Shown: piece after piece, positions 40,395 through 53,346 of the stretch
Layout: each line of letters opens with the position of its first letter
Position numbering within the stretch: the first letter of the stretch is position 1
Assembly: GCF_009914755.1 (NCBI RefSeq)
Contig: NC_060942.1
Length of the DNA stretch: 64,000 bases
Strand: one strand, 5' to 3'
Origin: the human T2T-CHM13v2.0 reference genome, Homo sapiens
Translations under genes and position numbers: made by a program
The notes under the pieces: model-generated
Seen by the model: the letters and a program-made list of their open reading frames with translations, nothing else
The model's database searches: none
What the model was told of the DNA's origin: nothing

Positions 40395-43300
40395 GCCCCC
40401 GCGGGGAACCGGCGGCCAGGATACAACAGCGCTCCTGGAGCCCATCTCTGGCCTTGGCGTTGGCGCAGGGACTTTCTGACCGGGCTTGAGGGGCTCGGGC
40501 CAGCTCCAATGTCACTACCTACAGCGAGGGCAGGGTGTAAGGTTGAGAAGGTCACATTCACCGCTTTGGGAGGACGTGGGAGAAGAGACTGAGGTGGAAA
40601 GCGCTTTGCCTTGCTCACCGGCCGTCCTTGCCCCGGTCCCAGCGTTTGCTGGGATTTGCCAGGATTTGCCGGGGCTCCGGGAGACCCTGAGCACTCGCAG
40701 GAAGAGGTGCTGAGAAATTAAAAATTCAGGTTAGTTAATGCATCCCTGCCGCCGGCTGCAGGCTCCGCCTTTGCATTAAGCGGGCGCTGATTGTGCGCGC
40801 CTGGCGACCGCGGGGAGGACTGGCGGCCCGCGGGAGGGGACGGGTAGAGGCGCGGGTTACATTGTTCTGGAGCCGGCTCGGCTCTTTGTGCCTCCTCTAG
40901 CGGCCAAGCTGCGAGGTACAGCCCTCTATTGTTCTAGGAGCACAGAAACCTCCTGTGTGGGCGGCGGGTGCGCGAGCTAGAGGGAAAGATGCAGTAGTTA
41001 CTGCGACTGGCACGCAGTTGCGCGCTTTTGTGCGCACGGACCCCGCGCGGTGTGCGTGGCGACTGCGCTGCCCCTAGGAGCAAGCCACGGGCCCAGAGGG
41101 GCAAAATGTCCAGGTCCCCCGCTGGGAAGGACACACTATACCCTATGGCAAGCCAGGGTGGGCGACTTCCCATGGATCGGGTGGAGGGGGGTATCTTTCA
41201 GGATCGGCGGGCGGTCTAGGGGAACAATTCGTGGTGGCGATGATTTGCATAGCGCGGGTCTTGGGATGCGCGCGGTTCCGAGCCAGCCTCGCACAGCTCG
41301 CTTCCGGAGCTGCGAGCTCAGGTTTCCACCCCCGATCCCCCGGGCTTTCCTCGCACCGCTGAGCCCAGCTTGTGGGGTGCACTCGACCAACGCCCGACAG
41401 GGCTGGGGAATGTGACAGGCAGCAGGTTCACCCGGGCTTGGGGAGGGGGAGTTTCCGCTTTGACAGCATTTTCCTTTGCCGTCTGCTGGTGGATTCCTAT
41501 TCCCAGTCGGTAATCGCCCCGCAGTGTTGATCTAAGAAGGTAAAGAAAACTAGGTTTCCCTGCAAAGAGCCTCCCCCAAATCGGCGGACTCCGGATACTT
41601 TGAGTGGATTTAGAAATTTATGTAATCTTTCTCCTTTAGTTTATTTTTCATCCTCTCCTACAGTTTTCTCTGATTTGCTGTTGGTTCGGGGCAAGATAAA
41701 GCAGCCAGTAGAGAGCGATAATAATAGCGGCGGGAAATGAACTGGAGACTGGCTGACAGTTCTTAACATTTTGTCATAGATCCCCCCGAATGTCCCAGGC
41801 TGTCTCTGGTGGGTTTTAGTACCCGCCGGCTTCTTGGGCACCGGGGACCAGAAGGAACTTGGCAGCTGGTCTTAGGGGTACAGTTAAAGGCAGGATGACA
41901 GCTATTCTCCTGCTCATCTCAGAGCGCTGCCGCCCCCTCATGCCGGTCGCGCAAAGAACACAGCTTTTAAAAAACACGTGCCTTCTGCCCATATAGGTCT
42001 GAAAGTGATGAGGAAAGTAATGCTTCGCCTATTAGCGAGTTTCAGCTTTTAAAATGATCCCAAGCGTTGCTGAGATGAGAAAGCGTGGCATCCCGGGGGT
42101 CCTCAGCCCCACCCGCGCCCATGGTGCAAGTCTGCAGGGACAGGCCCGGGACAGCACTGCCCACGCTGCTAGATTTTCCGCAGAGGATCGCTGAAGCTGC
42201 CTTCGTGGGAGACAGAATGCCTCCTCCAGCGAGTGGAAAAGGCCTGCTGAGGACCCCGCTTTGCTCGAGCATTCAAATGTGTGTCTGTTTTATTACCCTG
42301 GGTTGAAAAGGGACAAGAGCTTTAGCCTTTTTATCTGGCCATTTTATCAGCAACTACAAGTGTGTTGAGTGGTTATTATTACATAGGAGGCTTTTCAGTT
42401 TGGGGTCAGTAGATCAGTCTCTTCAGACACTGATGCAGAAGCTGGGACTGGTAAGTAGGTATTATGTGCTCGGAGCGCTAGGGGACAGGAGCAAATGGAG
42501 AAGAAAAGCGGAGGCTTTCTCCGCCCGGAGTATCGATCGGAATCCCCGCCGGTACGCCGCAGAGGGCCCTCGCCGTTGGGCCCCGGGGGTTTAACAAGCC
42601 CAGCCGCTCCGCAGGCGGCTCGGCCGGACTCTCAGACCGGTGCCTGGAAGACACCGTCCCTGCCCCCCTCCCGCCAAACCTGCCTCTTCTCTTTCTCTCA
42701 TAGGTTATAGGTTCCCTTTCTCTCTCATTTTGGCCCCGCCCCCGGGTCCTGCCAAACAGCCAAGCAGGCCGGGGTTTAGGGGGCTCAGAATGAAGAGGTC
42801 TGATTTGGCCAGCGCCGGCAAAGCTCACCCTTAGGCGAGGTCACAACAGAGGCAGGTCCTTCCTGCCCAGCCTGCCGGTGTAGTCACAGCCAAGGGTGGC
42901 ACTTGAAAGGAAAAGGGAGAAAACTTCGGAGAAATTTAGATTGCCCCAACGTTAGATTTCAGAGAAATTGACTCCAAATGCACGGATTCGTTCGGAAAGG
43001 GCGGCTAAGTGGCAGGTGGTTGCAACCCCGCCCGGTCGGGCCTTCGCAGAGGTTCCCCAAGACCAGCCCTTGCAGGGCGGTTTTCAGCAACCTGACAAGA
43101 GGCGGCCAAGACAAATTTCTGCGGGTTCGAGCACACACTCTCGGGCGTTGGGCCCCAGAGACCTCTAAACCAAGCACAAACAAGAAGGGAGTGAGAGAAC
43201 CCAGGCTAGAACTTGCACGGGCATCCCACTGAGGAAAAGCGAGGCCTCGGTGGCAGGCATGTTTTCTTCCGACGCCCGAAAATCGAGCCGAGCGCCCGAC

Positions 43301-44650
43301 TACATTTACTGCAGAGGTTTCCGCCTCCAGTGAGCCCGGATCCCCCAGCGGCCTGCCCGGAGCTGGTCTCCAGTCCCCGCCGTAGTCCGACGCACGGCCC
43401 TCTCCTGGCAGCAAGCTCCCAGCGGCCAGTCTGAAGCCAATTCTGTTCAGGCGGCCGAGGGCCCTTAGCCAACCCACCATGATGTCGCCTGGGCCACCTG
43501 ATGCCCGCAGCGGCGGGACACGGCCCGGGCAGTGCGCAGTGGCTCCTGCTAGGGGCACCGCGTGCGTGCTTGTCTCCCGCTGCGCCGGGGACGTCCTTGG
43601 GTGACACGGGCCGCTGGGCACCTCCCAAGCCGAGGAAACGGACCCCCTTCGCAGAGTCTCGCGCCCACCCCCCAACCTCCCACCTCGTTTCTCGCTGCTA
43701 GGGCTCCCGACTCAGCCCACCTCTCCTGGCGGTTTAGTTAGGGATCAGAGCTGGAGAGGCTGAACGCAACCCGTGCCAGTACGGAACAGACGATATGTTT
43801 GCCTGCTAGCTGCTTGGATGAATAATTGAAAAGTTCGCTGCAGTCTGTGCTTCGTCAAGTCCCGGGTGCCGGGAGAACACCTTCCCAACACGCATCAGGG
43901 TGGGCGGGAGCGGGCAGAGGAGGCGGGACCCGAGGGAGGAGAGTGAACCCGAGCAGGAGAAGCAGCCCAGGCAGCCAGGCGCCCTCGATGCGAGAGGCTG
44001 GGCATTTATTTTTATTCCAGGCTTTCCACTGTGTGGTTATGTCACTTTCTCAAACAAATGTGTATATGGAGGGAGATCGATGCTGATAATGTTTAGAAGA
44101 TTAAAAGAGCATTAATGCTGGCAACAATAACGTAAACGTGTGGACCCAGATTTCATTGATCTGGAACTTGATCCGGCGCGTTTCCAGTAAGCCCGACGGC
44201 GCGCTCTTCCCAGCAGAGCGCTCACCAGCGCCACGGCCCCGCGGTTTTCCAGCGGTGCCGCTTCGCCAGCTCTGCGCGGGTTCTCCCGTCTGACCGCAGC
44301 TCCTCCCCCGCGAGGCCCCAGCCCGCCTTACTTCCCCGAGGTTTTCTCCTCCTCTCGCGGGGCTCTCTGCCCTCTGCACCCCCTCCCCCGACCTCTGCAC
44401 CACCCGCCCCTGTGCGCACACACCGCTACTTGCGCTTCCGGCGATCCGCCTGGGCGGCTGGGTCCGCGAAGCCAATGCGCTGAACGGTGCCCGAGTCTTC
44501 CTAACTATCCTGTGCTTGGCCGTTGCCACTGGGCCCTGGTGACTAAGCCCAAGTTTGAAAATGACGTGGCTAAAGCTGCCTGCTAACGGCAGAGCTTAAT
44601 CAGCCGCAGATCCCCTCCTATCCTCATCGGTTCTCGTACTAAAAAGGCTC
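40395..44650. promoter_or_regulatory. Cluster of intronic CpG islands (~40.4-41.6k and ~42.5-44.6k)
   Basis: High GC and CpG density, no repeats. Confidence 0.85.
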
Positions 44651-47600
44651 ACGCGCAGACTTTTTACGCAGGTGCATTCGTTGGACAATTAAACGTGGCC
44701 CTAGTAACAAAAGCCTGAGCTTCATCCCTCCGAGTAGCAGGCTCTGCGCTGGACTGGTCGGGTCTAACAGGGAGAATCTTGTGTCCTACCTTGGCTGGGA
44801 CAGGAAGTAAGAGAAGCAAACTGGGGAACCCCTGCCCCACCCCTTCCCACCCCCTGGACGTCCTGGGCCGAGGCCCGGGTCACTGGCCCATCGCGGGTAA
44901 GGAGGTGTCCTGTGGAACACCTGCATTGACTGGAAAAGAAAGAACTTTAAAGCTCTTCCTTCCCGCTTGTGGGGGACACCACCACACCCTGCCAACCACT
45001 CCCCTGGCCAAATGGTGGCTTGTTTTTCCAGAAGGAGCACTAAGGTGAATTTTATGGAAAAAAAATAAAAGATCAGGGACCTAAGTGGGAGTAGGATGAG
45101 AACTAATTCTTCTGGGTTTTTTTTTTTTTTTTTTTGAAATTATGAATCCCACCTGTTGAAGAAGGCTGAGCTTTTCCAACAGCGGGTATCAATCGGGAGG
45201 GAAAGCAGTGTTTTCCAGCCCTCTCCAAGAACAGTAATTAATAAGAGGAAGGAAAAGAGAGATGGGAAAGCAAATCGTGCATTGTTCTGCTTTGAGTTGA
45301 GGCAGAGGGTAGGCTGGTGTTTCTTCCTCATCTTCCCACTAGTGTTCTTCCTTAAAGAAGGGAGCTTTGGTACACCACCTTGGTTCCTAGTCAGAAAGTG
45401 CCCTACCGGACCCTTTTAAACTACAATGAGATAGCTGGGTAATCAGATATGTAACTAAGGAGGAGAGCAGGTGGTTTCCCTTTGGTCTGGCGGACAACTG
45501 GCTCCCTCCCCACAGCCCCCACTTGAAAGACTCCTAGGCCCTGGGAGGGGCGAGTGGGCCTTTAGAGGATAGAATCATAGACTCTCTCCTACTCCCATCT
45601 TAGAATTCCAAGATTGGGCAGGATTCCTGGTGAATGGTGAGGTCTGGGCAAAGGATAAACTGATTACCCCAGATTCTCTGTCCCTACAAGGCACCAGCAG
45701 CTGCTTCACTCTCCTTTTGAGCCAGGTCTGCCCTGAGGTAACAGTACCCTAGGCCAGTTTTACCATCCCAAGTGCCAGACTTCAGCCCTGAGGGAAGGAG
45801 AGCCAGCCTCTCCTGCTGTCTTCAAACCAAGGCTTCATTTTACAGTCACCCCCGATATGAGAGAGAGCCTCCCCACCAGGTTTTCTGGCCTTTAGACACT
45901 TCTCTTCAAAGAAGAGACCAGAGGAACAGGACTGAAAAACTCTCAGGAAGAAAGTCCTGGGCTCCACACTCCATGGCTAGTGGCTGGATTTGGCAGAAAC
46001 TGTCTTCATGAAAAGTGGTATCATGGAGGGGGATCCCTGGAGCAAGGAAGACCTCAAGGGAGAAGCAGAGAGATTTAGTTTCTGGGTTCTTGCCAAAGGA
46101 AGGGAAATTAGGAGGGAATAAATAGAAATAATTGCCTGTATAAAGGGCCCTGGGGAGGAGGGTGAAGACAGAGGCACCCTAGGCCTTAAACTTCATCTAG
46201 ACTCCCTGGGCTGTGCTGACTTCTGACCCTTTTAGGGACCTTTGTTTTTGCTGACTTGGGAAAAGTTGCTTCCTCCAGGGAGACAACTCTTCTTAGAGGG
46301 GAGAGTCCATAATGAGGAAGCCCTCTGGGGTGATTTATTTATGCTGTCAGGTATAGAGCTCCGTCAGGCTAACTCACCCTGTGGGGCCCTATCACCCCCT
46401 CTTATCACCCAGGCTTTTTCCCTAACCAACCTCTGTGCCTTTGGGGGAAAGGCTTTTTGATTTCCCAGTCTCATTCAAGGCAATGGCTGAAAAATGTGCA
46501 TAGGTTTTTCTAGGGGCAGGTGGGGAAAAGGTAGGGACGTGGATTGTGTGACCCAGCCCATCTAATGCCTGACATGGTGCAGATGGGCAAGACTTGGAGG
46601 CAGGCTGTGGGCTGTGCAGATAGAGATAGCCTCACTTCGGGAGCAGGATTCCTAGAAGCTGTGGACGTTTATTATGAAAAACTGTCCCACACAAATTGTC
46701 CCAAAGGGCAGGGAGGCTCTGCATTCCACCTCGGCACCTCTTTCACCATTTGAGGACCCATTACTCTTCTGTAGAAAGCAGACTTTGTTTGGGTTGGAAG
46801 CACACCTCCAATGTAATTTAATCAGCATTGGACTTTGGCTCTTGTAATCAAATATACATATACTTTCTCCTGCAAGAAGAAAAATAATTTCTCTGTAACT
46901 GGTATTGACTTGAAGTCATGTAATCTCTGGAAAGCATCACATTTTTAAAGGGAAAGGTAAAATTAAGGGGAAAAGAACCCGCAGTGTTAGTGGTTTGCTT
47001 TGTCATACTAAGAAGAGCCAGTTACCACTTAAGAAAGGGCAGAAGAAGCATTCCTAGAGCATAAATACTTGTGCTGCTCCAATTGTAGATATTTCATTTA
47101 CAGTTTTCTCTGTGCAATCAGCCTTGGAGATGGTTAAGGATAGGAAACTAGGTTGACTGGCTCACCAAATTCTAGAATGTGGGCTTTATTACTTATGTTG
47201 CATTGACATCCTTGAAGGAACCTGTTTGACGGCTCATTTTTCTGCCGTATTTGGAGAGGCCACAGGCAGCAGCAGCTCCTTGAGTTCCAGCAGGATCTGG
47301 GTGGGTAGCAAGCCTTTCCTTTTAAGGGTGATTGGCAGCCATTGGCAGCTTGCTTCCCACTCCACCCCAGTGCCCTTGAGCATGAAGCTGTGCCCTACTG
47401 CGTCCTCCTGGAGCAAGCTTGGAGTCCCCACCCCCCAGGGTGAGGTTCTGGGCTTTGCCCAAGTTGAGTCTGCTAGGGAATCTGTTGTAAACACAGATCC
47501 ATTGATTTGCATTTGTCAGAGAGTAAAGTTAAACCAGTGAAAAGAGAAGCCCTTATCCTTTTATGCAGGGCCAGGGAAACCTTTCATATTGATCCTATTG

Positions 47601-49401
47601 ATCCAACCTTTCCCTTTAAGGAAACCACATAGTTAAAGACCCTCGTTCAATAGATTTACCCTTCGTGCTTGTGATATTCCTTTAAGTGTTCTCATCTAGG
47701 ATAGCTGGGCATTAAGCCCACACTCCAAACCAAACAAAAATGGGAAGGGGGGTGGGAAGAGAGGGGGTCAGGAGGCAGAATTGTGGGAAGTGAAATTAAA
47801 TCAAACTGAAATGTGTAATGACCCAGTTGGGGATGTTTTTCTCATTCTTCTAAAATGACATGCAGGGATAAAGACAAAATAGATGCATTTGGCATCTTTT
47901 TTTTTATGAGAAAAGAAAATCTGTTTATATGCCTAGAGTAAAAATGTCTCAGGAACATCATTTTCTACTGTAAAATTATTTCAATTAAGCCACCAGTTTG
48001 CTTCATTAAGATTGGTTCACTTAAAAGCAGTGATGTTGCCACAATTATTTTGGTTCATTTGTAGCAAATCAGAAAAAGGATTCTCCCCAGAAATGCAATA
48101 TTTTGGACTCTGTATATGAGCATAAACACTGAAGTCACTTGAAAAGAGAGAGGATTTGGAGTTTTTGTGTTCTGCTGGATGTGGGAAGCAACGGGTAGAA
48201 CTTTTGTTGTGGAGCAGAGTAGACGCAATAGGAATTGCCAGATATTGCTCAGTATCCCTCTTGCTTGTAGATATGAAAATGTAAGTCTCATTTGCCTCCA
48301 GAACCATCGGCACAATCCATTTCATTTCTTCCCTGATCCTTTTTTCCTGTCTAAATAACATCCATTTGTGATTTTTTTCAACACGGTACATGACCTGTTT
48401 CTAATTGGCTATCTCTTGGGTTGTTTTTGTACATTCATGTTTGTTTTATGTGATTGAAAAATATTAATGATTTCGTAGGTGAGCTAATGTATTTATCTGC
48501 TGAGCGAGTTCAAAGGGCAGAGTTCAGCTATGGTTCAGGTTAATTGAACAGGAAGCAGTGAGCTCTCCAGGCTGTGTTGAACAAGGGATCAGTCCCTTAA
48601 AATATCACACTCAGCAAACACAATTTCACTGTCTTCATCCTAGAGTCTGATGTAAAAGGCTCAGATCAACTTGGATCACTTGTTTAAAAAACCAAAGCAA
48701 AGCACAGTAACTGCAGCAATACCCTGGAGTCCCCCTCGGGGAAGAAGAGTTTTCTCATTGGCTAATTGCTTTATTGGTAGCACTGACCTGCAGAGCAGCT
48801 GCAGGAGCCTGGATGAAGGCTTAGGCCTCAGAATAATGTGCTCCATTAGAACAGGGCAAGGCATTTTTTGTTTACTCAATTGGAGCTCCCTGCAAAGTGC
48901 CATTAACCCCGGCCCAACTGCTTGTGTGCTGCAAAAGCCAAAGGTCACGCCAGTCAGTCTGTAGGCATAGCAGCTCTGCCCTGGTAGGAAGGTTGGGGTC
49001 GCATCCTGCTGGCACTGCCCTCCCAGGGGCTCGGGCCAGCCCTCTGGGCCCTTTCCAGAGTTTTGACTAAAGCAAGCAATTGCACAACTTGTTTACATTT
49101 CCCAACTGCTGAATCATGTTTTGATGATTAAACAGTTTTGATCTGAGCACCATCAATCACACACATACAGAAAATCCCCCCACTGCCCCTCTATTTTCTA
49201 TTTATGTTCTCTTCATTACTGTGCATTACAGTAAACAGAATTGTGCAAACGGTGCTTTTAGCAGGAATATAGTTCTGATAAGTGCTTGGATCAAGGGGAA
49301 GACAGACCTCCAAACATGGCTGGGGGGCTGTTTGGTGGAAGAAAGGTTTCAAGTGGAGTCGGGGAGCACAGTCAGGGCTTCCACCGCCAGCAGGTGAACT
49401 A

Positions 49402-49420
49402 GAGTGCCACCTGCCGGGAG
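49402..49420 (-). promoter_or_regulatory. Candidate CTCF site
   Basis: Minus strand CTCCCGGCAGGTGGCACTC fits the core CCRSYAGRKGGCRC. Confidence 0.55.
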
Positions 49421-50151
49421 TCTTCTAACTGCACTAAGCCCTGCACCTTCCACAAGGTCCAAGCCCCTTCCTTCACTTTGTTCCTAATATCCTTGTCCCC
49501 ATTCCCCACCCTGCAGATCACTACCCATGCAAGCATTATCTTCCTAGAAGTAGCTTAAAGGGCTTTTTCCTGGTCCTTTGAAACTGTAACCTCTGCCTCT
49601 TCTAATTCATTGCCAAGGAGAAATCAACAGTTCTGCTGTCATAGGTGAGGTGATTTGCCCATCCTGCACATTGAGGTAATAGTCTCCTGCTTAGTTGGAC
49701 TGTGCTTGGGGGAAGAGAAGCAAAGAAAGCAAAAAATAGCCGTGGGAGGGAAAACGAATGATTATGTGTGGAAGAAAAATGGCTCCGTTGATTGTGCCAG
49801 TGAGGGCTGTGCCAACTGTAAGGTGTTCTGCAAAGATAAAATATTGTACAAAGGAGAGAGGATGGGAGAGAATTAGCATCTACAGGGAGGACATCGAGAA
49901 AGAGATATGCCAAATCAGCAAACTCGAGTTTAGGCTTTGTGAAATCCCCTGGAAAGAGAAAAAGTGAACCAGCCGTTTTGCAATTGCAAAGAAGTGAGCC
50001 AGTGAGCTAGACTTCGAGCCAGACTGTGGAGCTGGCTGTAGCTCTGTGGGTGGCAGCTATTTCCACACTTGCTTCACATGGACCCCTGCCTGGAGCCCCT
50101 GGTAGCAGAGCGCCTGTGGGTGGGTTGCTGCCTCCACGCCCCGGCGCAGGC

Positions 50152-50172
50152 TTCAGCACCACGAACAGCGCC
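50152..50172 (+). promoter_or_regulatory. RE1/NRSE (REST-binding element)
   Basis: TTCAGCACCACGAACAGCGCC versus canonical TTCAGCACCACGGACAGCGCC (20/21). Confidence 0.85.
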
Positions 50173-53043
50173 ATGGAGGAACGCTGTTTGAGCGAATTGG
50201 AGATGGACCCTCTACTGCGGTTAAATCCAGGCAAGAGCCTGACCAGTAGCTCTAGCTCTGTAGGTCTCAGCGCCCCAGTGCAGGGCCTCATATTTTCCTC
50301 TGGAGCCCTGTGGCTTTTCAGCTCTCTGTGTGAGATCAGCGATAATAAAGGGAAGAGGAGGCGGCATCTGGGTGAGAAGACAAAAGATGCTGAAAGACTT
50401 TCCCTCTGAAGAGGAAGAGCATTACCACCGCTGGGGGGCGGGGGATTGAACTATTTTTCTCCATGTTGCTGCCTTCTGCAGGCATGATTGCCACCCTCAA
50501 CGGGATGTTTTAGATTTAGGATTTCCTTTCAAGTGTTACTGTCTGCCTGCCCCCACGCCCCACCCCCCAGGTATACACAAACGGATGCTTTTGTTTCCCC
50601 AGATGCATGCTCCTGATTTTTGAAAGCATGACTTTTATTATATTAAACAATATTCTCACATTATAGCAGCAGTAATGTCACAAGGAGAACCAACTGTGGA
50701 GCATCACCACCTTCGATAAATCTAGAAACTGGATTTGATTTCTTGAGAGTCTAGTGATGAGGCTCTTTTTAATAAAAACCTTGCCACTGCTTCTGTCCCT
50801 GACCCCCTACGAAGGGCCAGAGATGTTGAGTGACTTCCTCCAGGCCACACAGTGGAGTCATATGGCACTGGCCAGGGTGAGAACTGACAGTAGGCACTGA
50901 CCCCTGACTCTGGCCTTTTTCAATCAGTTGCTTTGCTTTATTTCTGGTTTTATTCCAGAGAAAAGAGATAGGAGAGTCCTTTTGGTCAATGATTGAGCAC
51001 AACTCACATCTCTTTGGGTTTCGAGTAAAATGGTCCTTGACTTCCCAAAGCTAATTAAAATGTAAAACTCTTGCTTTATTTCAAATAACTTTAGTTCAGA
51101 CCTAATTTATTGCTAAGGTGGTTCTCAGGGAGGTAGAGCATTGGAATAGACAAGTGTGTCTCCTTTAAAAGTCAAGGGTATGATAAATGAGAATTTTTTT
51201 TCCCCTGTGACAATTTATCTTCAAGTTCCAGGTGGCCCTTTGTGTAAAAGGAGGGAAAATCCATCCCAAAACAAAACAAACCTGGTAGAGCATTCAAATT
51301 TGATGTTGAAAAAAATTGTTTCTGTGTGTCTAAATGCCCAAAATTTTGTTCTAAAAATGAGCAGGAACATATCTGAATCAGATATAAAAATGGGTGTTAA
51401 ATGTATTTTGTAAGCTTTGACTAAAGAAGTTTCTTCCAGCTGTGTAGTCTTCGAATCTGTGGACGTGCCTTTCTCAGGAGTTGTTGGGTTCCACTGTCAA
51501 AACCTTTTCCAGTAAAACATGGATTTGGCAACAGTAAGTGTAGCCTTTTTGGCCTACTTTATATGCATCACTGCATCTTACTAAAATGAGGCATTACACT
51601 CTACAAGGACTTGTACTGAATGCATTTCCTTTGTAGTGAACTCAATATGCTTTTGAAAAGATATTTTACAGAACTGCCACATAAACAAGACCTTTTCTAT
51701 TATCTGTTTTGACCCTAAATACTGAAAAGTGTGTGGAGTAAGATAATTTTATGCTTTTCTGAATCAGTGCCATAGATCCCCAAACCTAAAAGATGTAGGG
51801 GAAAAATTCGTCTTGGATGCAATTGCCTCCTAATGTATACCAGAGTTCATTTCTGTTCATGTTCAAGGGACAAGAGTGAATTCTGTATTCACTTTCAATG
51901 ACTAACCCTTCTCATCCTTTCCTTCATTCTTCTGAAGAGGAAGAGGTGGACTTCCTGTTGAAGACCAAATCCTCTCCTGCCTTCTCAGGACCCCATGCTT
52001 CCTGTATATAGATGTCCCTGCTTTTGTGAAGTTTTCTCTGTCCTCCTAAATTGGGATCTCTTTGGACCATCCCTCCCTTTGCATTTAGAACATAGATAGG
52101 TATCGCCTGCTGACTTGTCAGTGTCAGCCCATTAGATTAAGATCCAGAAGAGGAGGTTAGATACAGCATACAGGAGGCAGCCAATAAATATCTGTGAATA
52201 AGTTAATAAATACTTTTCTTTTATATGACACTGTTTCTACCCATTGTATTTCCCCCATATTATTGTAGATGGCATCTGAGTAGGAATCATCAGCCCCAGC
52301 ACATCATTTAGGAGAAGCATTTCACAATGTCAAGTTCTCATCAATGTCATTTTCCTCCCAAATTACGATATTATAACTATGTATTAATTTTAAGGGAATC
52401 TCAAAGTAGGATTGAGTCTTATCCAAATCTTCAGATTATCGCCAATGGAGCAAGAGATGTGAAATGATCATCACTAGACTCTAGACTAAGGACCCATTTT
52501 GCCAATTGGCTCTAGTTACCCCAAAGTAACCCTCCCCAGTCAGTCAGTTCTCCTCGTTTTCCTGCTTAGGCATTGTCCTCACTGTCCTGTCCATGTCTTT
52601 GCACGTTCTGTTCCTTCTGCCTGGAATTCCTTATCTCATCAGTCCTTCTCCAGGTCCTATCATTCCTAGCCACCTCCGATCTGCCTCTGAAATCTTCCCA
52701 GCTAACTTTGGCCCATTCCTTTCTGTTTCTTTCTGAACTCGATTTGCAATCATTGCAAATGACAGAACAGCCTTGTTGGCTCTGGTCTTACACTGCTCTC
52801 TAGGTCTTTTCTGTGTCTCCCTTTCTTCCCCATGGCTCTGGAGGGGAGATAGCATATCTTTGAGCTCCCCATGGACTGCTGGTCCATGGCTGAACCCACA
52901 CCAGGTATTCTTTTTTGAGTAAGTCATTTGGTGGCCTCCTGTCTATCTTTACAGAAGCCCCTATTCTCAACGAGAGAATAGGTTGGGTATGTTTACTTAC
53001 ATCTATCATTCTTTTCTAGCTTCTTCTCTCAAAAGGGGGTATT

Positions 53044-53346
53044 CTTTTCTTATTTTATTTTTTTGATCTGGAGCCGTACTTTGTCACCCAGGCTGGAGTG
53101 CAGTGGTGCGATCTCGGCTAACTGCAACATCCGTCTCCAGGGTTCAATTGATTATCCTGCCTCTGCCTCCTGAGTAGCTGGGATTACAGGCACCTGTCAC
53201 TATGCCTGGCTAATTTGTGTATTTTTAGTAGAGATGGGGTTTCACCATGCTGGCCAGGCTGGTCTCAAACTCCTGACCTTAAGTGATCCACCTGCCTTGG
53301 CTTCCTAAAGTATTGGGATTACAGGCGTGAGCCACTGCACCCAACC
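53044..53346 (-). mobile_element. AluS, antisense to ONECUT2
   Basis: Full dimer; TSD AAAA(G/A)GGGGTATT. Confidence 0.95.

Noticed and set aside
50007-50409. 127-aa and 94-aa ORFs with an internal gccATGG
   Set aside because: No domain similarity or clear splice sites; the local GC patch is better explained by the RE1-containing regulatory element.
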